A stretch of 63,227 bases of DNA, filler included, from Asterionella formosa (Eukaryota), in the NCBI GenBank assembly GCA_002256025.1. It is 16 parts of 16 records of this genome, joined end to end, with 100 filler letters (N's around TTAATTAATTAA, not from the genome) between each part and the next. Parts side by side here need not be neighbours in the genome. Positions count along the whole stretch, not along the records: positions 51,505 to 55,346 come from NKIB01013874.1; positions 55,447 to 59,287 come from NKIB01013875.1; positions 59,388 to 63,227 come from NKIB01013876.1; 13 more parts are not named here. One strand, given 5' to 3'. Position numbers and translations under genes: made by a program. The notes below the pieces were generated by a model. It was not told the DNA's origin and searched no databases. It saw nothing but the letters and a program-made list of their open reading frames with translations. Of the stretch, positions 51,535 to 62,936 are shown piece after piece (the first letter of the stretch is position 1; each line of letters begins with the position of its first letter).

Positions 51535-52533
51535 ATGACCATTAACCTCTTCCCTGACATTGTCATTCAACAAGATCTTTCTCCCGATGCTTTCGGACAA
51601 GACACTGACGAGCGCTGCGATGAAATCGTTGCCGCTACGAAAGGGCTAGGTGCTAACGCCGGCAAGGTGATCGAGAATCTCGGTGGCACCACGGCCGTTC
51701 AGCGCTACGGAATCGCCAAGCGCTTTGCGGAACGCAATGAGGGTAAATCGTTGGAGAAGCTGATCGGCTCTGAGTTTCGTGGTAATCTAGGTACGGCGCT
51801 TCGATTTTTGTCAGTATCACCAGAAGAGGCAGAGTGTCTCATGATTAAGAAAGCGACAGACGGAATCGGAGCTTCTGCCAATGTTCTCTGGAGTATCTTG
51901 TGTGGGCGTACCAATGTTGAAATGGAGCTCTTGAAAAAGACTTATTTCAGACTTTACACCAGGGATCTCGGCAAGTTGTTGGCGAGTGAGTTGCACGGTG
52001 ACATGGAACGGCTCATTTTCAACTGCTTGCAGGCTGGCGAAGAAGTGTTCGATCCACAGTTCCATACCATGGACAAGGCCGTCGAGGATGCTGCAATCAT
52101 TCATGCCAAGGGCCAGGGTCGCTGGGGCACAGAGGAGCGCGGCATTTTCAAAGTTTTGTGCGCTGCTCCACCCCAGCATGTGGAACAGATGAATAAAGTC
52201 TATGCTGATAAGTATGGATATACTCTTATCAAAGCCATGGAGAAGGAGCTTGGCGGAAATGTCGGCGAGGCTTGTGGTTTCATGTTGGGCATGAAATTGA
52301 GGCCCTATCAAACGGTTGCAGAACTGATCAAGAGTGCATGTGCTGGATTTGGAACAGATGAACTGTTGTTGTCTGTGACTATTATTCGGTACCAGCACAT
52401 CATGCAGAGTGTAATGTCGGCCCACATTGAGTTGTACAACAAGACAATTCATGATCGTGTGAGAAGTGAATGCAGTGGTAACTTCAAGAAATTGCTTCTA
52501 GCAGTTTTGACGGCGGCATGGCCCGAAGAGTAA
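51535..52533 (+). CDS. Annexin, copy 1 (332 aa, intronless)
   Basis: Four annexin repeats with loops 'KGLGAN', 'GIGAS', 'GRWGTEE' and 'GFGTDE...IR', ending 'SECSGNFKKLLLA'. Confidence 0.95.
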   Translation: MTINLFPDIVIQQDLSPDAFGQDTDERCDEIVAATKGLGANAGKVIENLGGTTAVQRYGIAKRFAERNEGKSLEKLIGSEFRGNLGTALRFLSVSPEEAECLMIKKATDGIGASANVLWSILCGRTNVEMELLKKTYFRLYTRDLGKLLASELHGDMERLIFNCLQAGEEVFDPQFHTMDKAVEDAAIIHAKGQGRWGTEERGIFKVLCAAPPQHVEQMNKVYADKYGYTLIKAMEKELGGNVGEACGFMLGMKLRPYQTVAELIKSACAGFGTDELLLSVTIIRYQHIMQSVMSAHIELYNKTIHDRVRSECSGNFKKLLLAVLTAAWPEE

Positions 52534-54612
52534 GCATGATGATAGTTTGAGGAACACGACGAAATTGCTCTCAAATATTATGTAACAGTTAGAAAATGCA
52601 TATATACCCTATTATTGGTCCAGGATGAATCCTATATCAATGGTTCATATGTGATACTTAAAGATATGCATTACTGATAATGATGGCACTTTTCAGCAAC
52701 CAGAATGTGATTCTCGACAGAGTGTGATGTTTGCTCAAAATTGTCAAAAGTGTTTGAAATGCGAGGTAGATCCATGATTTGGCGAAATCCTGGGGTTTTG
52801 CCTGTGAACACCAAGGTGCTTTTTTGATCGATGCCAAGGTTTGCATACAAATCAAAATGTTTCCACAAGGCTATGTTGATTGAAATTTTGTTTTATTACA
52901 ATTAATACGATGAATTATGAAAAACCTCTTCTATAATTCAGATGAATTTCACATACTGCAGCTAAGAATAATTATCTGTTTCCATTTCAATTTATCATTT
53001 GACCGAGGAAATCAGAGTTGTATTTCTACAATTAAAATTTATCCAAGTTACTAGCCGTAGATAAGCCAGAAGTTGCAATTTGCTCCTTGTTGACTTGTGC
53101 TTGATGCTAGCTAGGAAGGGCAAATAACGTGCACAAAATACAGCAAGGAATGGCAGCCAATGGATACACGCTGAAAAGGACAAAGAAGTATAATAAATAC
53201 GCAACTACTGCTACCAGTATTATGTTGTGGTGTTACCAAGCAAAAAACGATGACAAAACTAATGAGTTAATGAATCCCAGTAACTTCTTTACACTATCAG
53301 AAGTTTCTTGATTTGATTCAGCTGTAGTGACATGTTGGAAGAAGATAGTATAGCAGGTGATTTTCTAAACCAGCTAGAAATACATATCATGCATGTACAA
53401 AATTGGGGCATGATGCATGGAATCTAATGTTACTATCTGCCTCCTAGCTAGTACTAGAAGCCACTGACATGAATACAATGCAGGAATCCTAATTACTTTC
53501 TAAAGATGCATTAGTATTCAAAGTACTTTTTAATTATTTTTCTTGCTCTTGGACCGGTGATCCTTTCATTTAGTTTCCTTCACAAAAATTCTTTATAACA
53601 AAACAAAGAAATTTTGATACCCTCAATGTCACCTTGGATTCAGATTTTCTAATAGCTAGTGCTCCTCATGCTGCCTGCATCAGCCAGTTGAACCATTGTT
53701 TCTTATAGCTAGGACTTTAAGTTATGAGCAAAGGTGCATTGCTCATTTCATGACCACTACCTGCTATACAGATGTTATTGCTCTAGATTCATCCATTCCC
53801 CTTATCATTGGTAGCCAGTCAATTGCAGTTAAGCACTGCTGTGCATGATAATGGCAATTTATCAAATACTTCCAAACTCATGATCCCATTTGGTTGTCTA
53901 GATGCCTCAAAGCAGTCGAGGTCTGTGTATAGATAGTTCGCTGGCATCTTATTCTGTCTTCTGACCATTAAAGTAAGAATTTTATGTGACTCAAATCATA
54001 AACAGTGGGTCCAACAGGAGTTTTGTTAAGCAAGTATAAGTACTGAGGTACATACCACCACATATAGGTGCTATTTACATTTTTTGAATGATCTTGATAC
54101 ACCATGATTTGCAAGGCGAAGGGACAAAATAATGCACAAGCTAAAAGAGGTGCTAAGTACAACGATCATGTCCAGTCTTGTCCAGTATATAGATCAACGG
54201 GATCGAACATGAGTCAATATATTGTAATCAACAAAAATAATTACTTCTCCACGATCCAGAACGTACAAGAGATCTCTAAGCATACCGCGCAGTTGCGAGA
54301 TTGAATCTTAACGAATACTTTATTTGCTGAGAGGCAAACGTATATACGGTACATCATACAGAGTAACCTGTTACCCCAGGTACCTGGTACCTGATACCTG
54401 GTACCTGGTACCTGGTACCGTATATCAAGTCATGGCTGAGCGTAGCGAAGGAATCTATACACAATCATGCCTTGGGAGAATGTGATTCGCGGTAACTACG
54501 TAAAACTGGACATTTATCTGTCGCTGAATATTTCCTGTTCCAAGATTTAATCATAAAACATAGCGAGTCCACCAGAGAAACCCAACAAAACCAACCAAAG
54601 CAACAAGGTAAC

Positions 54613-55346
54613 ATGACCATTAACCTCTTCCCTGACATTGTCATTCAACAAGATCTTTCTCCCGATGCTTTCGGACAAGACACTGACGAGCGCTGCGATG
54701 AAATCGTTGCCGCTACGAAAGGGCTAGGTGCTAACGCTGGCAAGGTGATCGAGAATCTCGGTGGCACCACGGCCGTTCAGCGCTACGGAATCGCCAAGCG
54801 CTTTGCGGAACGCAATGAGGGTAAATCTTTGGAGAAGCTGATCGGCTCTGAGTTTCGTGGTAATCTAGGTACGGCGCTTCGATTTTTGTCAGTATCACCA
54901 GAGGAGGCAGAGTGTCTCATGATTAAGAAAGCGACAGACGGAATCGGAGCTTCTGCCAATGTTATCTGGAGTATCTTGTGTGGGCGTACCAATGTTGAAA
55001 TGGAGCTCTTGAAAAAGACTTATTTCAGACTTTACACCAGGGATCTCGGCAAGTTGTTGGCGAGTGAGTTGCACGGTGACATGGAACGGCTCATTTTCAA
55101 CTGCTTGCAGGCCGGCGAAGAAGTGTTCGATCCACAGTTCCATACCATGGACAAGGCCGTCGAGGATGCTGCAATCATTCATGCCAAGGGCCAGGGTCGC
55201 TGGGGCACAGAGGAGCGCGGCATTTTCAAAGTCTTGTGCGCTGCTCCACCCCAGCATGTGGAACAGATGAATAAAGTCTATGCTGATAAGTATGGATATA
55301 CTCTTATCAAAGCCATGGAGAAGGAGCTTGGCGGAAATGTCGGCGA
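54613..55346 (+). CDS. Annexin, tandem copy 2, cut by the contig end
   Basis: Nearly identical to copy 1 (one L to I change visible) and 3078 bp downstream. Confidence 0.92.
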
Positions 55347-55661
55347 NNNNNNNNNNNNNNNNNNNNNNNNNNNNNNNNNNNNNNNNNNNNTTAATTAATT
55401 AANNNNNNNNNNNNNNNNNNNNNNNNNNNNNNNNNNNNNNNNNNNNTTGGGACATGATACTTATCCATCCGTACAATCTTGTCGAGTCAAGTGTGAATCT
55501 TGTCCTGCACTTTAACTCGCTACTTCCACCTCCTTGCGATTAAATTAACAATCGAAATTTCTGAATTGTATATGCAACACAAGACTATCTTTTTAAAAAT
55601 TGCTTTCTTGTTAGTTCCCCATAACAGACATTCTCCGATTCGATGCTAGGCCATGCCAATT

Positions 55662-56185
55662 TCATTCCAATCGTCCACCCTTCTCCGGCTTGTCGCCCCG
55701 AACAGCTTCACGGTACTTCGATAGATATAGTTTCAAAGGCTCCACGTACTTGTCAAAGCCCAAGGTTGACATGGCCCAAAGTAGATCATCTCCATTGATG
55801 GTCTTGCGTTTTTCTTGCAGGCACTTATCACTCGCCTCGGATGTGATAAAGGAAATGAATTCCGAGACACACTCTTGGACTGTTTCTTTTGAGTCTTTGG
55901 CAATTTTGGCATTTTCTGGCAAAGTATTCTTCATGATTCGAGCAATATTGGCAATTGGGAGATAGCGGTCCTGATGGGTACAATTGTGGGGGCAAGGTGA
56001 GAAAAGGACTTGCAAGGAATGACTTCTAGTTGGTCGTAGCAATGGTTGTTCAACACTCCGTTACCAAAACCATAAATGGCACATTAATTCCTTACCTGCT
56101 CGCGAATTTCTTCATATTCTTCGCCAGGAGGGAGCTTCGAGTCCGCAACAGCGGCAGCAGCTGTCATTTCCGTAGGCATCGACAT
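55662..56185 (-). CDS. NFYB: Nuclear transcription factor Y subunit B (CCAAT-binding, histone fold), 132 aa; intron 56095-55971
   Basis: The spliced sequence reads '[19 protein letters not shown]...[46 protein letters not shown]', with a GTAAG...CAG intron. Confidence 0.95.
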
Positions 56186-57546
56186 TATTTGCGAATCGTT
56201 CCGGTTGATTAGTTCGTGATCGATCCAATTATCAACAGACTGTGCGTGTGATGGCGATTCCTGTATTTGTGATCTGTTGCTGTTGTAATATGCCACTTGC
56301 GGTGATAGAGTCTACCGGTAGTTCGCTTGACTTAGTGTCTCGATGTCACTTTGTCACTATGTCGGGTCGAAGGGGATGGAATAGAAAGTGTATTCGATGA
56401 CGAGTCAACCCAGTGAAAATTGTTGGAATAGGTAGACTTGCTTTACCTCGTTCCTGGAATTACCTGGTAGTCTATAAACCCCCCCCCCCTTGTATTACTA
56501 CCTGTACCAGGGTACCACCGGTGCAAGTTGCCTTAATTGTGCTGAAACCAAAAGATTAGCTATCTTTATCCCATATTAAAATGTTTATTTAAGCAAAATG
56601 ACCGCAACTTGCTCTGGTACTCCTACCAGGTTGCCTGGTACCAGGGTACCTAACATCGTAGCACTGGTTACTTCAAACTACCGGTAACAGACAATCATTT
56701 TATGGATGTACCTGGTACCAGGGCACCGGTATACCACGACCAATGGTGCGCTATACAGAGAACCTGGTACCAGGTACCAGGTACCAGGGGTACCGTACCT
56801 AGTCGAAACACAAGCATGTTTTACTCTGCACAGTCCACTACATACATGCTGCAGTACCGGTACATGTGCATGTATTTGCTATTCTTATTCGCTCAATTAG
56901 GAATACCGGTATGTTGGATTTGTCTGATAAATACACATATAAAACATGATGGATCGAGCAGATTTGACACAATACAGTAACTGCACAACAGACAAAACAA
57001 CGACTAATAAAAAAATGATTAATTGAAGTAAAAGATGTGATATAAGCAAGTTATTTATTGACTTATAATTTTGATTGATTGTTTTGGCAATTTGTGTACA
57101 GTAGTCTTAGATGCATGTATCCGTGCTGACAGATGTGAAGCATGTCAAAGCTAATGCCATAATGTGTGGCAGCCCCTTTAAGGAGAAGTTCCTACTCATC
57201 AAGACAATAACAATGCTATAACAGGACCTTGAAGGGGCTCAGCGCAATGATAACAAGAGAAAAGCAACAAAATGTGAGTGCCATGGTGATAAGAATTTTG
57301 CTAGCAACAACAATAGTGAAAGAAACAATATTTAGGCTTACAGTTTATTGAAATACCAGGCCTACGCAAGGCTACTCAGTATTTCTAGAATTTGCATCCA
57401 GTCATACATAGGACCTGTATATCTCAACGTATGAGAGATACTACATACCAGTACTCAAAGTTCATGCTTTGCAGCTCTTGTGAGTAATTGGCAATCTCAC
57501 TTCATTTTGCTGGCTGAGACATAACCAATGGATTAATACTGGTTGT

Positions 57547-57685
57547 TTTGATCACTTTGGCAGATATAGCAAAATGTTTTTGATTCGGCAGATAAAGTAA
57601 ACTTTGGTTGAATTGAGCAATGACTCAATTACCCCTTTATCTGCCAATTCCAAAAAAATGTGCTATGTCTGCCAAAATGATCAAA
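57547..57685. repeat. Foldback/MITE-like element with ~50-bp imperfect arms and an inner hairpin
   Basis: tttgatcactttggcagatatagca...ggcagataaag pairs with ctttatctgcc...tgctatgtctgccaaaatgatcaaa. The inner aattgag/ctcaatt also pairs. Confidence 0.8.
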
Positions 57686-58699
57686 TCTAGAGCTTTAACC
57701 CTTTTTCAAAATCATGTCGTGAATGAAGATTAACGGCATTATGCGCTGGCCAGCATATTGCACCAAGTATTGGGGGGGTCAAAGGTGTAAATACATTTTA
57801 TATTGATGAGATCATGATGTCAGTAAAATTATCGCAACTTTCAGGGTACCGGTACCAGATACCAGCACGTTGCGGTAATTTTGCTTTTTTGTGTCATTCC
57901 CCAACCTGACAGGCAGATAGATCCCAACTCGGCAGCCGTTGAGAAATCAAAGTTCGAAACTTATAATGGCTAAATAAACAAAGACTATGCAAAATTCGAT
58001 ATTTTCAGATAATTCAGAAAAAACAGATTTGACGAATCATCATTTCGGGTTAAAGTAATGAAGGACTATTTTAGTTTAAGCAAATGGGCTCTACTTTAAG
58101 CAGTTTAAGCAAAACTACCAGTACTTTAAGCAATATTTTGCTTAAACTACCAGTAGAAGTCCTTAATTCATATTCTGACTGCTAAAATTATATACCGGTA
58201 GACAAACATACCTACCAGTATACCGGTGGACCTTATTTCATATGTACATACCGGCATACGGTAGCTGCCTGCATCACTAATAAAGAAGGAAAGTAATTTA
58301 CCGGATATGGTACCAGTATTGCAATTCAAAACTTTGGCTTATGGCTTCAATTCTTTTTGTTGGAGAAATTATTTTAGGAAAGAAAAATCCCGGTATGAAT
58401 TACCTACTACCTATAAAATCGAATGAATCAAAAAAGAATATGGTACCAGAGAAAACTCAGAATACGAAAACAAGCTACTGGTATATCGCCAGCAAAAGCC
58501 ATAATTCTATTAAAACTCTTAGGAACGATTACAATCGATTACTGCAACATTGTTGTTCATATCTACAGCCTATTTGGTCGCTGATGTGTCCTTACAGGAT
58601 ACAAGAAAGCAATAGAGGGCTTCGGGACGCAATTTCAACAGTTTTAATTGAATTAGCCGGCCCGGAAGAGCCGTAATATCACAATCAACAACAGGCGGA

Positions 58700-58930
58700 C
58701 CGTGGAGAGTCCGGAGACAAGATTTGAGGGTACCAGACCATCCAGAGTCTGAAGAAGTCGCACAAGGCGCATTATGAGTGGCAAAGGAAAGTTTTCCAAG
58801 AAGGCTCAGACCAAGGGCAAGTTTCAAGCCAAGGGAGGAAGCAATAATGCTTCTCACACCATCAAGAAGTCAGTTAATGACTATAACTACTACCTTGGAT
58901 TGACAAAGCAGTCATCTGACTATGAGACAC
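58700..58930 (+). mobile_element. Fragment of the same copia gag 5' region as 43620-43850
   Basis: Near-identical 'gagagtccggagacaaga...gtcagt.aatgactataactactacct'. Confidence 0.85.
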
Positions 58931-59230
58931 CTTTTCCGCCTTAAGCGCTTTTATTGCAAGTGCATACTCCCAAATACGCTTATGTATGGTCTTCTCCATC
59001 ATGTTGTAGTAGCATCCGGCCAATTCTTCTTCAGTCTTATAAGTACTCAACCAATCCATTGTGATCAAGAAGAAAAGAGGGTCGGGCTTTTTAACTCGAT
59101 CTGCACCAATATGATCCATTGACTCCAATGCGGAAAAAATCTTCATGCAACTCTGTGGACTGAGACCAAAGAATGAACGAAATCGTCAAAGTTTCGTTGC
59201 ATCGCAAGTTCTTTCATTCCTTTTTTCATC
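58930..59230 (-). mobile_element. PIF/Harbinger-like transposase N-terminal fragment
   Basis: 'RFRSFFGLSPQSCMKIF...PLFFLITMDWLSTYKTEEELAG...EKTIHKRIWEY' resembles the HTH that precedes DDE_Tnp_4 domains (recognised by eye). Confidence 0.5.
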
Positions 59231-60542
59231 AAATCCTGCATGAAGAAGGCCCAGATCAAGAAAATCGAAACCAGAGAGAGGAAGCATNNNNNNNNNNNNN
59301 NNNNNNNNNNNNNNNNNNNNNNNNNNNNNNNTTAATTAATTAANNNNNNNNNNNNNNNNNNNNNNNNNNNNNNNNNNNNNNNNNNNNACAATCTTGTCTT
59401 TGAAAGTTGGGAATAAGTTGGCGGGCTTGCTGCCAATTGCTCTTGCCTTTGCTGAAATTGATTTTTAATTTCATCGAAAACTTGATTGATTTCACCTCCA
59501 TTGCAATGAGGATTGATAAGAACTTGTCGTTGAAAAGTGGGAACAGGTTGGGCTCAGTCCATAGCATGGGCAAACAAACAATGCAAGTCCCTCTGACTGT
59601 CTTAATTTTGGAGTGAAAAGTCATTCTTGGAGAGCAATACCTCGTTATGAAAGTTCTGTTGGCCTGATTTGACAATCAAAGGCTTGTTTCTTGAGAAAAG
59701 CTGAAACTTCTCTGTCTCTGTCTCATGTTTTAAGTTCACTCATTGCATCATCCTTGTCATCAGGAGATGAGAGGTAAGCCGACATTGCTGGTCAGTGACT
59801 GACATTGGTGAAATTATGGAACTCATGTGGACAATGAACAAGAGGCCGCATAACACGCAAGAGTATGCATTGCTATGAAACTATGTTATAATATATCAAA
59901 TCGCCAAAAGAACTTGTGTTATAATACACACATGATATAAAATTTTTTTATTATCAGAGCGCGCCCACTATCTAACGGTGTGCATTAGGTAAGCAACACC
60001 CTTTTTACTTGTTTGTTGGGTATCTGGTACCCTGGTACCGGTACAATGCATGAATCATTATTATAATCATCTTTACATACAGTACCGGTACCGGTAGTAT
60101 ATTCTAGCAAAATAAATATCGGGCGGCTGATTCAACAATATAACGATACATGCCGGTATACCAGGTACTATGGCTGACACCATATCTACAACCAAGATTG
60201 GTACCTGGTCCCTGGTACCAGGGGAATCTAGTACCGTTAGACGATGGTACCTGGTACCCGTACCTTGTACCGTGCCAGTATCCCACCATCTACGGCCCTA
60301 CGCAATTTTTTTTATGTTGTCCACATGAGATGTGATAAGGATAAATGAAAATTTCGATTATTTGAACATTGGGCTTTATATATGCTCTGTATACTTTTAT
60401 CATCAAAATCCCTAACGTGACATTTCCATTCGGATCTTATTTTTCACGTGGCCACCGGCAGGCCCGAGTCAACGCACGCCTGAGCATGTTCAAAAATTCA
60501 TAAAAATAGACCAATCCCTTTTATTCAAACGATCAATTCAAC

Positions 60543-61034
60543 ATGGTAAGAGTGACACGTTCCTCCGCTAATAAAACGGCTGAACCGCCAGCAAAGAAGC
60601 CAGTGGAGGCAAAGAAGAAAGTAGAGAAGACCGCGAAGCCTGCCAAAGAACCTCCCGCGAAGAAGGAGACGAAGAAAAAAGCTCCTCCCGCGAAGAAAGG
60701 AGCTGCCGTTGCGGAAGAGAAGAAGGCGGAAGAGAAGCCCGAAGAAGTTCCTGAGAAGGAACCTGAAGCGCCTGCTGAAAAGAAGGTGGTTGCTGTCGAA
60801 GCTAGCAAGCAATGAGCAGCTTTCAACACACGAGCTATGACGATCGTAAAAGCTGTTGGGGATTTGGCCGTTGTCAAGATAGACAAGGTGGCCAAGGGGA
60901 ATTTTGTTGTTAGAGTCGAAGGAATCGACGAACCAATTGTTTTCTTGGAAGGGATGGCGCGCCCATTCCCTGCTTTGAAAGCACTTGACATGGAAGAAGT
61001 TGCGAAAAAGGTGCTGGAGGCCTTAAACGCATAG
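60543..61034 (+). CDS. SELENOH: Selenoprotein H-like protein (Rdx/SelWTH family), 163 aa with Sec at UGA 60813-60815 (motif SxxU)
   Basis: ORFs 60543-60815 and 60837-61034 share a frame. Readthrough gives VAVEASKQ-U-AAFNTRA...KGNFVVRVEG...FLEGMARPFPALKALDMEEV, matching the plant/algal SelH pattern (IEHCKQ[C/U]..FKTRA...RG.F...M.RPF..MK.L.MEEV). Confidence 0.88.
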
Positions 61035-61040
61035 GGGACA

Positions 61041-61092
61041 TGTTTGTGAATGTAGCAGTAAATTACTTTCTAATACTGTTCGAAAAGAAACA
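61041..61092 (+). promoter_or_regulatory. Candidate SECIS element (type 2-like)
   Basis: Helix I UGUUU/AAACA, core G-UGAA/CGAA, helix II AGCAGUA/UACUGUU with a 3-nt bulge, unpaired AA, and a UUA/UAA mini-stem. Folded by hand. Helix II is shorter than the canonical one. Confidence 0.5.
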
Positions 61093-61414
61093 CTGCAGCG
61101 AATAGGTTGCTGCCGATTGAAATATAGAGGGAATGACGATGCCAGATTTTGTGATGATTGCACCTGACACTTCAAGTAGATCGTTGGTTGCAGCTCCTTC
61201 AACAATGTTTATTTTTAAATTATAGTTTCAGAATTTCACCTTGAGCTGTACGGAATAGCAGCTTTTCACATAGATTTATTAAGAATTATTTGTTTCTCAG
61301 CATGTGGATTATACAGATATGATGTCCTCGATTCTTCTTTTATATTCCCTTTCTTCTCCCCGTTCTCCTGCTCACTTTATAGGATATGAAGTACCACTAT
61401 TGCTATTTCCGTTG

Positions 61415-62936
61415 CTAGTCGTCAGATTTATGAGGCCCACTGTCGAAACAAATTCCATCCTCGGAATCGACCATTCCCAACAACTTTGCAGATTGGATCC
61501 AGTATGTTTGAGGAGAGCCAACACCACGTGGGCGAGTTGTCTTCAAATTCTTGTAGATCTGGCGAATCTGGTCAGGAATTTCACGGCATTGCTCAAAGTG
61601 GAATCGCTGCATATCGGCAACAGTCTGGTAGATGCGGGAAATAGACGATGGGTAACACACGGCTCGTTCTGCACGATCCTTTGGACGCAAGTGAGAGCAG
61701 TGAATACAGCGAATACCCACTTGACCACGAACAAGTTTTTGTGCCCCCTTCGAATGGCGAGAGGAAACATCCTTTTCGGTTGCAGCAAACACCTCCACAA
61801 AATCAGACCTTACGAAACACTGACGATCACTGAGTGACTCAACATCGTTAGGCCCTGCCAGGAGGATTCTACGGGGGTTGTGGTAGTGCCTAGCATGCTC
61901 CTGTTCGCGTCCATGCTGGCTGTATTGCTGAAAGCGAGGAGTAATCTGACGATAACCTGAGTGGTCGTTGATGGGCAAAGGCGGGACTCGGTGTTGTACT
62001 TCTTGAGTTGCCTGGTAGAGTGCACCAAGGCCAGAGTTCACGATACCCTGGGGATTTTCTTCTCCTTGATATTGAGGTTGAGAAGGGTACGGATGATGAG
62101 GATGAGCGTGGTTATGACGTCCCATGGAATGAGCATTTCGTGAACAACTTTCTTCGTGCGCACAGGCGTCCTCGTAAGTTGGGAAAGTAGCAACACAGCA
62201 ATAGTCACACGCCCAGCGCTTTGGACGAAGCTGGACTTGCTCGTGGGAGCCCTGATGCTGGTTATATGGTCCATCAAAAGGCATCTGCTGAGCTGCATGG
62301 TATGGGTGTCCGTAAGCATCACTAGGGTAATAGTGTCCCTGCTGACGACCAGGGTACATGTAGCGACCTTCGTACCCACCATGAATTCCAACATGCCTAT
62401 CTGCAAGGATTGGTGTTACCACTTTCTCGTGAGGCATGTTCGCAATAGGGCTCTCGCCGACGTAGTAGTTCCTAGGATAAGTTGGAAATGGTGGACGAGA
62501 GTGCGTATCCGCTTTACGATCATTTGAATCTGGTGGAGATGGAACAATCACATGTTTTGGATATGAAGATGGAGAATCCGTCTCCATTGCATGTGGATAC
62601 TGTCTAAAGGCGATATCTCGACTGGATGGAGAATTGATATCCATGGCCTCGAGAAATCGATGCCTTTTTGTGAAGTCATGTTCTTGGCTGCCTGTAGAGT
62701 TTCTATCCGATTCTCGGCACGACCTGCTCCGAGGAGGGGAACGAGAACCGTCCCTGGAGGACTCCCAGTCCTCGTGATCATCGCGATCCAAGTTTCTCTT
62801 CTTTGTAAGAGCTGTAAAGATGACATCAAAAATAATAAGAGGCTGTCACTTGGAACTTTGATAGCGGTACAGCACTTAAACACTTACATCCTTGCTCAGC
62901 GGTGTTGTCGAGACGCTGTGTCCCCATGGTGGTCAT
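61415..62936 (-). CDS. Uncharacterised Cys/His-domain protein of a diatom-type family (~481 aa, putative transcription factor); intron 62887-62812
   Basis: ATG at 62936. A GTAAGT...TTTACAG intron joins in frame to the 458-aa ORF. Zinc-finger-like 'WACDYCCVATFPTYEDACAHEESC'. C-terminal 'LSDRQCFVR...GQVGIRCIHC...YPSSISRIYQ...HFEQC'. Confidence 0.8.

Noticed and set aside
56186..56296. Longer NF-YB N-terminus starting at 56296
   Set aside because: It starts at GTG. The first in-frame ATG is at 56185.
60533..60991. 152-aa antisense ORF over the SelH gene (and similar antisense ORFs over annexin and NF-YB)
   Set aside because: Shadow ORFs of real sense-strand genes with no independent features.
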